Positions 59,487 to 64,000 of a stretch of DNA of 64,000 nucleotides are shown one piece after another. The notes beneath the pieces are model-generated. The model did no database searches. It was not told the origin of the DNA and was given only the letters and a program-made list of their open reading frames with translations. This stretch comes from an uncultured virus (IMG/VR IMGVR_UViG_2891442665_000011) (taxonomy: Duplodnaviria; Heunggongvirae; Uroviricota; Caudoviricetes), in the IMG/VR virus record IMGVR_UViG_2891442665_000011; one strand, written 5' to 3'. The position numbers and the translations under genes are program-made. Positions within the stretch are counted from its first letter, which is position 1, and the number at the start of each line of letters is the position of its first letter.

Positions 59487-59898
59487 GCTCCTTGTTTAGC
59501 AGCCAGAAGAATCGTCTGTACAAGTCGTAATAGACATCCTTACAGCATGGAATATCTAATCTAGCTTTCAAACAATCGTAAGAGATGCCATTTGTAACAG
59601 CCTGTAAAATATAACTTCCAAGTACCGCATCGGTTTCTTCGGCTACCAGTTTCACCAATTCCATTCTGTCGGAGTAAAATATCCTCGCCTCAGCGCATTT
59701 TGCTGTCGGATCACCAAGATGCTGCTGACTCGAAAACAAAACCAAATCTGTCGGTCTCTTAGCCAGCCCGTTCAAGGCTAAGTATGCTTTTTTCCAGATA
59801 GGATACTGGAGACAGAAATGTTTCAACTCATAATACCGGTGTTTTTCAATCCAATAGGGATTCTTCTCGGACAACTCCGGTCGTATCGTCGTTCCCAT
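59479..59898 (-). CDS. Putative ArpU/RinA-like transcriptional activator
   Basis: Size and C-terminal YYDLYRRFFWLL helix resemble phage activators. Confidence 0.45.
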   Translation of the reverse strand: MGTTIRPELSEKNPYWIEKHRYYELKHFCLQYPIWKKAYLALNGLAKRPTDLVLFSSQQHLGDPTAKCAEARIFYSDRMELVKLVAEETDAVLGSYILQAVTNGISYDCLKARLDIPCCKDVYYDLYRRFFWLLNKERG

Positions 59899-60149
59899 TA
59901 GCGTTTCTCTCCTTTCCACAAATAGCCTGTTTCTTCATAGAGGAGCTTCGGAGAGATATAGAAATTGATACGTCCGTACCTCGAATTCATCTCCTCAATG
60001 TTGGTTACAAGTTTGCCGTTTCGAGTGGCCTTTCCGATTGGAAGCCATCCGGATATGATTCCGGCTCTGACCCAGGATGCATCCTTACCGTACACTCTGG
60101 CCGCGACGACCACCGGCACCGAACCCGACTCAAATATAATTTCTTCCAT
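59898..60149 (-). CDS. Excisionase-like winged-HTH protein
   Basis: VPVVVAARVYGKDASWVR; near the integrase; promoter TTTACT-N17-TAGAAT at 60175-60203. Confidence 0.55.
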   Translation of the reverse strand: MEEIIFESGSVPVVVAARVYGKDASWVRAGIISGWLPIGKATRNGKLVTNIEEMNSRYGRINFYISPKLLYEETGYLWKGEKR

Positions 60150-60244
60150 TGGCTCTTGCCTCCTTTCAACGGCTATTCTAGGATAAGAACCGCTTTTAGT
60201 AAAAACAACCTCGGTGGTATGGCGGCAAAAAGAAAGAGTCCTTG

Positions 60245-60484
60245 TTAGGACTCCATCTCGTCTACATACTTTCCAAATGCTTTAATTTCTCTTTTAAGTT
60301 TTATTTTGTCTTTCCACAGATCAACAGTTTCGATTCCGAATATAATCAGCGCCGAGAAAGCTGCTCCGATTCCTACTCCAATAAGGACGTCTTTTGCGCC
60401 TTTATTATAGCAAGAATTTGCAAACTCGCTAAGTGCTTTCATAGCTTCTTCTTCCGTTACTGTTGTTTTAATTTCTTCTGACAT
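60245..60484 (-). CDS. Small membrane protein cassette
   Basis: Motif at 60518-60543; ends MES* inside the terminator at 60236-60253. Confidence 0.7.
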   Translation of the reverse strand: MSEEIKTTVTEEEAMKALSEFANSCYNKGAKDVLIGVGIGAAFSALIIFGIETVDLWKDKIKLKREIKAFGKYVDEMES

Positions 60485-60517
60485 AATAATTCTCCTTTCG
60501 AAATATAAACAATTCTT

Positions 60518-60844
60518 TCATAATAGCAGTTGTAATTTTTGCGAAGATTTCCACCGAATCATCGTCATCTCGCAAGGATAATCCTCATATCCAATCGTCT
60601 CACAAGTAATAAGTCCCTCTATCACGCCTCGGATAATTTCCGCCTCATACTGCTTGTACGGAAAAATATCATCTGGAAGCTCTCTATGTAAATGTCCACA
60701 TTTGATACAGCGTAATCTCCGAACCTTAATCCAGCTTGTACTTCTCCTTTTTGTTCGTACAATTCTTGGAACGCTGTCGTAGTATTTCAACGCTCCGCCG
60801 CAATCAGGACAGGTTGATTCGTCATGAGTAACCATATACATCAC
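60518..60844 (-). CDS. Zinc-ribbon protein (DUF6431-like)
   Basis: CPDC...RLRCIKC..H.ELP...PYK.Y; divergent from the integrase. Confidence 0.65.
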   Translation of the reverse strand: MMYMVTHDESTCPDCGGALKYYDSVPRIVRTKRRSTSWIKVRRLRCIKCGHLHRELPDDIFPYKQYEAEIIRGVIEGLITCETIGYEDYPCEMTMIRWKSSQKLQLLL

Positions 60845-60861
60845 CTCCAGAGTGAAAAATA

Positions 60862-60903
60862 AGTGTAGGAGTAGTTGACAATTCCTACACTATGATATAT
60901 GAT
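60862..60903 (+). promoter_or_regulatory. SigmaA promoter of the integrase with an overlapping inverted repeat
   Basis: TTGACA(60875)-N17-TATGAT(60898); AGTGTAGGA/TCCTACACT flank the -35 box. Confidence 0.75.
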
Positions 60904-60960
60904 TACTAATGGCAAATCAACAGAAACTCTGAGATTTGTCAAGAAAGGAGTGAGCGCACC

Positions 60961-62199
60961 ATGCTGATGCAATGTCCCGAATGCCAACTGCAAGTAAGCG
61001 ATAAGGCAACATACTGTCCTCATTGTGGCTATCCGATGCAGCCAGACATAAAACCAAGAAAGCCTCGCAAATCCAACAAGCGAAGAAGACTGCCAAATGG
61101 ATTCGGACAGATAAGTGAAATCAAAGGAAGAAATCTTCGAAATCCATTTCGAGCTATGGTTACAGTTGGAAAAACTCCGACTGGACGGCCTATTTGTAAG
61201 CCACTCAAACCGGAGTCATACTTTCCCACTTATAATGATGCCTATGCTGCTTTGGTAGAATATAACAAGAATCCGTATGATTTAGAGCCAGCCATAACAG
61301 CGAAAGAACTCTATGAAAAATGGACAGAAGAATATTTCAAGACTCTGAAGAACGATGCGAGTGCGAGGGCCGTTACCTCTGCCTGGGCTTATTGCTCATC
61401 TGTCTACGATATGCGGGTAATGGACATTCGGGCGCGCCATGTAAAAGGCTGTATGGAAGAAGGAATAGCTGTAGTTAGGGGGAAAGAGCAGCGGCCTAGT
61501 GCGTCCATGAAAAATAAAATTAAATCTCTGTTCAACCTTATGTTGGATTATGCTTTGGAATATGAGATTGTTGACCGTAACTACTCCAGAAGTTTCAATC
61601 TGACGGAAGAAACCATCAAAGAAATCCAGACCGTTAAAAAGGAACACATCCCGTTTACGGATGAAGAAATTGCATTGCTTTGGGAACATGTGGATGATAA
61701 ACGGTATGTTGACGCAATCCTGATTCAATGCTATTCTGGATGGAGACCGCAGGAACTTGGATTGATACGGTTGGAAGATGTTGATTTGGAGAATTGGACT
61801 TTCAAAGGCGGTATGAAAACAGATGCCGGTACCGATAGGGTTGTTCCGATTCATTCAAAGATACAGTCGCTAGTGCTCAGAAAATATAAAGAGGCAGAAT
61901 CCCTGGGGAGCGAATTCCTTTTCAATTGCACCGATCCGGACAGAAACCGGAAAAATATAAAGTTCACGTACAACCGGTATCAAAAGGGATTTACAAGAAT
62001 CCGTGATGAGCTGAAGTTGAATCCAGACCATAGACCACATGACGGACGAAAACATTTCGTAAGTATGGCAAAAAAATATGGCATCGATGAATACGCCATC
62101 AAATATATGGTCGGACATAAGATTTCTGACATCACTGAAAAAGTGTACACAGCAAGAGAGTTTGACTGGCTGCGAGAGGAAATAGAAAAAATAAAATAG
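60961..62199 (+). CDS. int: Tyrosine recombinase (phage integrase) with N-terminal zinc ribbon
   Basis: SGWRPQEL, K in MKT, HDGR, VGH, terminal VY; CPEC/CPHC at the N-terminus. Confidence 0.93.
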   Translation: MLMQCPECQLQVSDKATYCPHCGYPMQPDIKPRKPRKSNKRRRLPNGFGQISEIKGRNLRNPFRAMVTVGKTPTGRPICKPLKPESYFPTYNDAYAALVEYNKNPYDLEPAITAKELYEKWTEEYFKTLKNDASARAVTSAWAYCSSVYDMRVMDIRARHVKGCMEEGIAVVRGKEQRPSASMKNKIKSLFNLMLDYALEYEIVDRNYSRSFNLTEETIKEIQTVKKEHIPFTDEEIALLWEHVDDKRYVDAILIQCYSGWRPQELGLIRLEDVDLENWTFKGGMKTDAGTDRVVPIHSKIQSLVLRKYKEAESLGSEFLFNCTDPDRNRKNIKFTYNRYQKGFTRIRDELKLNPDHRPHDGRKHFVSMAKKYGIDEYAIKYMVGHKISDITEKVYTAREFDWLREEIEKIK

Positions 62200-62512
62200 A
62201 ATGTCTTTTGTGTAGGAATGTTGGTATAGGAGTGGTGCAGGAATAATATATGATTTACATACATTTCCCTGCTTTTTACCACTTCTAACCGCTTTTAAAA
62301 GTATTGATTTTACTGGTTTTTTCGCAAGTAGTCAGCTTAGGAAGTTTTTATTTTACAATTATAACTGTATTAGTTATAATAATAATTAAAACAGTTGTAT
62401 TTATAGCTAAATCGCCACAGAGAAAAATTTTTTCGTTGGTTTTCAACTGCGTCAATGGTTGTCTACCTTGTTTGCTATACTACTATACTATAGGTAAGGG
62501 GGCGGAGCTGCG

Positions 62513-63457
62513 ATGGAAAATCTGACGGAGGCGAAGTCCTCACGACTTCTGGTCATCTATTCCCGCTTGGTAAAGGGAGAAACCGTATCCAAAGCTGATT
62601 TGAGTGAGCAATACCATGTATCGGAGCGGAGCATACAACGAGATATGGAGGCCCTGCGTTGCTTTATTTCCAATCAGTCTTTGGGACAGGATATTGTCTA
62701 CGACTACAAGCTGCGAGGTTATCGGCTGGTGAACGATCTGTCCAAAGGGTTAAGCAACAGCGAGGTTTTGGCTGTTTGCAAAATCCTTTTGGAAAGCCGC
62801 TCTATGCGAAGGGATGAAATGCTGCCGATTTTGGACAAGCTAATCGACTGCGCCGTGCCGGAAGAAAACCGCCGTGCAGTAGTAGAGCTGATTTCAAACG
62901 AAAAGCACCATTACATAGAGCCGCACCATGGCAAACCTATTTTGAAGGGACTGTGGGAGTTTGGACAGGCTATCAAGCATCATCAGTACATGGAGATTGA
63001 GTATGAACGGATAAAAGGGCCAAAGTGTGTACATCGGCGAATAAAGCCAGTCGGCATCATGTTTTCCGAGTATTATTTTTACCTCACAGCCTTTTTAGAG
63101 GATAAGACCGATTTTGAAAACCCGGACGATCTGTTTCCCACCATTTACCGCATCGACCGCATCCGTTCTTTTCAAGTGCTGGACGAGCACTTTTATGTGC
63201 CATACAGAGACCGTTTTGAGGAAGGGGAGTTTCGCAAACGGGTACAGTTTATGTACGGCGGAAGGTTGGAACGGATCAGGTTTCGCTACACTGGACCATC
63301 CGTGGAGGCAGTGCTGGACCGGCTGCCTACTGCGGAGATTGTCAGTACAGACAAGGAAGGGTGGACGATTCAGGCAGAAGTATTCGGCAAGGGGGTTGAG
63401 ATGTGGCTGAGGAGCCAGGGAGACTATGTTCAAATCATGCGGGAGGATACGCAATGA
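62513..63457 (+). CDS. WYL-domain transcriptional regulator (HTH-WYL)
   Basis: VSERSIQRD HTH; YFYL..., YRIDRI. Confidence 0.88.
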   Translation: MENLTEAKSSRLLVIYSRLVKGETVSKADLSEQYHVSERSIQRDMEALRCFISNQSLGQDIVYDYKLRGYRLVNDLSKGLSNSEVLAVCKILLESRSMRRDEMLPILDKLIDCAVPEENRRAVVELISNEKHHYIEPHHGKPILKGLWEFGQAIKHHQYMEIEYERIKGPKCVHRRIKPVGIMFSEYYFYLTAFLEDKTDFENPDDLFPTIYRIDRIRSFQVLDEHFYVPYRDRFEEGEFRKRVQFMYGGRLERIRFRYTGPSVEAVLDRLPTAEIVSTDKEGWTIQAEVFGKGVEMWLRSQGDYVQIMREDTQ

Positions 63458-64000
63458 AGCATAAACTACAAAAGATTAAGGAAGAATCACAGGAGCTATG
63501 TACGGAAATTTCTTCTGATTTGCGTATATCGAAAGGGCATTTAGAGCAGATTGGGGACGAGTATCATCGGGTTACAGAACTGTCTCATGCGCCGATGGTC
63601 GTTATCAACGAGATTGACAGGCAGTTTGCAAAAGCAACCAAGCTCAACGATGTAGACATAGCATTTTTATTTGTTGCGGCCGCACTACAATGTATCCGCC
63701 AGTACATATTTACACCAACACAGGAACGCTTGAACGATCAAGAAGCGGCCAACAAAGTAAAGAGCGGAAAAGAGCATTCAGACCGTTCCCACAGACTGTA
63801 TAACCCCAGCCTGGAAGAAATTATTTCAAACCCAGTTCCTTTTGATATTACGGCTGGAAGTCGTGGCGTTCTCAAGGGATATGGTTCATTAGGCCATAGA
63901 GGGGCTACTGTAGGGCATGATCCGCTGTGGGGGTTGCTATATGGCACTGCAAACATCGCCACCAGCACGGTCACGATTTGGGGCAAAGATATTCCCGTTT
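63454..64000 (+). CDS. Partial hypothetical protein coupled to the WYL gene
   Basis: ATG overlaps the WYL stop (ATGA); frame appears open toward the window end. Confidence 0.6.
   Translation, partial: MKHKLQKIKEESQELCTEISSDLRISKGHLEQIGDEYHRVTELSHAPMVVINEIDRQFAKATKLNDVDIAFLFVAAALQCIRQYIFTPTQERLNDQEAANKVKSGKEHSDRSHRLYNPSLEEIISNPVPFDITAGSRGVLKGYGSLGHRGATVGHDPLWGLLYGTANIATSTVTIWGKDIPV

Larger units (their letters stand above)
300..62325. mobile_element. Temperate siphovirus prophage (approximate ends; att core not identified)
   Basis: Integrase, replication, terminase, portal, capsid, tail, tape measure, holin and lysin genes in a colinear minus-strand block. GTGTAGGAAT-like repeats occur near both ends (337, 62210-62245). 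Confidence 0.93.

Noticed and set aside
54793..60253. Integron attC sites (TAAC stop inside the repeat, GTTAGG)
   Set aside because: Hairpins are only about 18 bp with no paired R/L boxes or RYYYAAC...GTTRRRY ends, and the integrase looks phage-type.
54780..60545. CRISPR array interpretation of the repeated GAGCCCTTGTTAGGACTC units
   Set aside because: Spacing is irregular (hundreds of bp), the intervening DNA encodes ORFs, the repeats are degenerate and carry T-tracts like terminators, and there is no cas operon.

Overview
Almost the whole window (about 300 to 62300) is one apparently near-complete temperate siphovirus prophage of a Firmicutes (Clostridia-like) host. Nearly all genes are on the minus strand; the tyrosine integrase at the right end is on the plus strand. 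It is flanked by an XRE-HTH gene (left) and a WYL-regulator operon (right). Read right to left, the modules are: integrase/excisionase; an early region of small promoter-ORF-terminator cassettes; replication and nucleotide metabolism (helicase-primase-PolB fusion, SSB, SF2 helicase, iteron-rich putative origin); a 900-aa DFDGD-type (YonO-like) RNA polymerase; packaging, head and tail genes; and a complete diversity-generating retroelement (avd-TR-RT). Main findings: (1) one template repeat matches two variable repeats with adenine-only differences, one in the adjacent tail-associated gene and one about 50 kb away in a non-structural early gene, each followed by an equivalent hairpin; (2) a 26-bp non-sigma70 promoter-like motif occurs 15 times and, with a repeated terminator, builds an array of expression cassettes, one of which carries a tRNA-like RNA; (3) the phage RNA polymerase shares an N-terminal LxH motif with head-module proteins; (4) a second promoter-like motif is shared by the DGR operon and the early region; (5) a long hairpin ahead of the packaging operon displays the complement of the RBS used by many early genes. 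All family assignments come from motif recognition by eye, not database searches.
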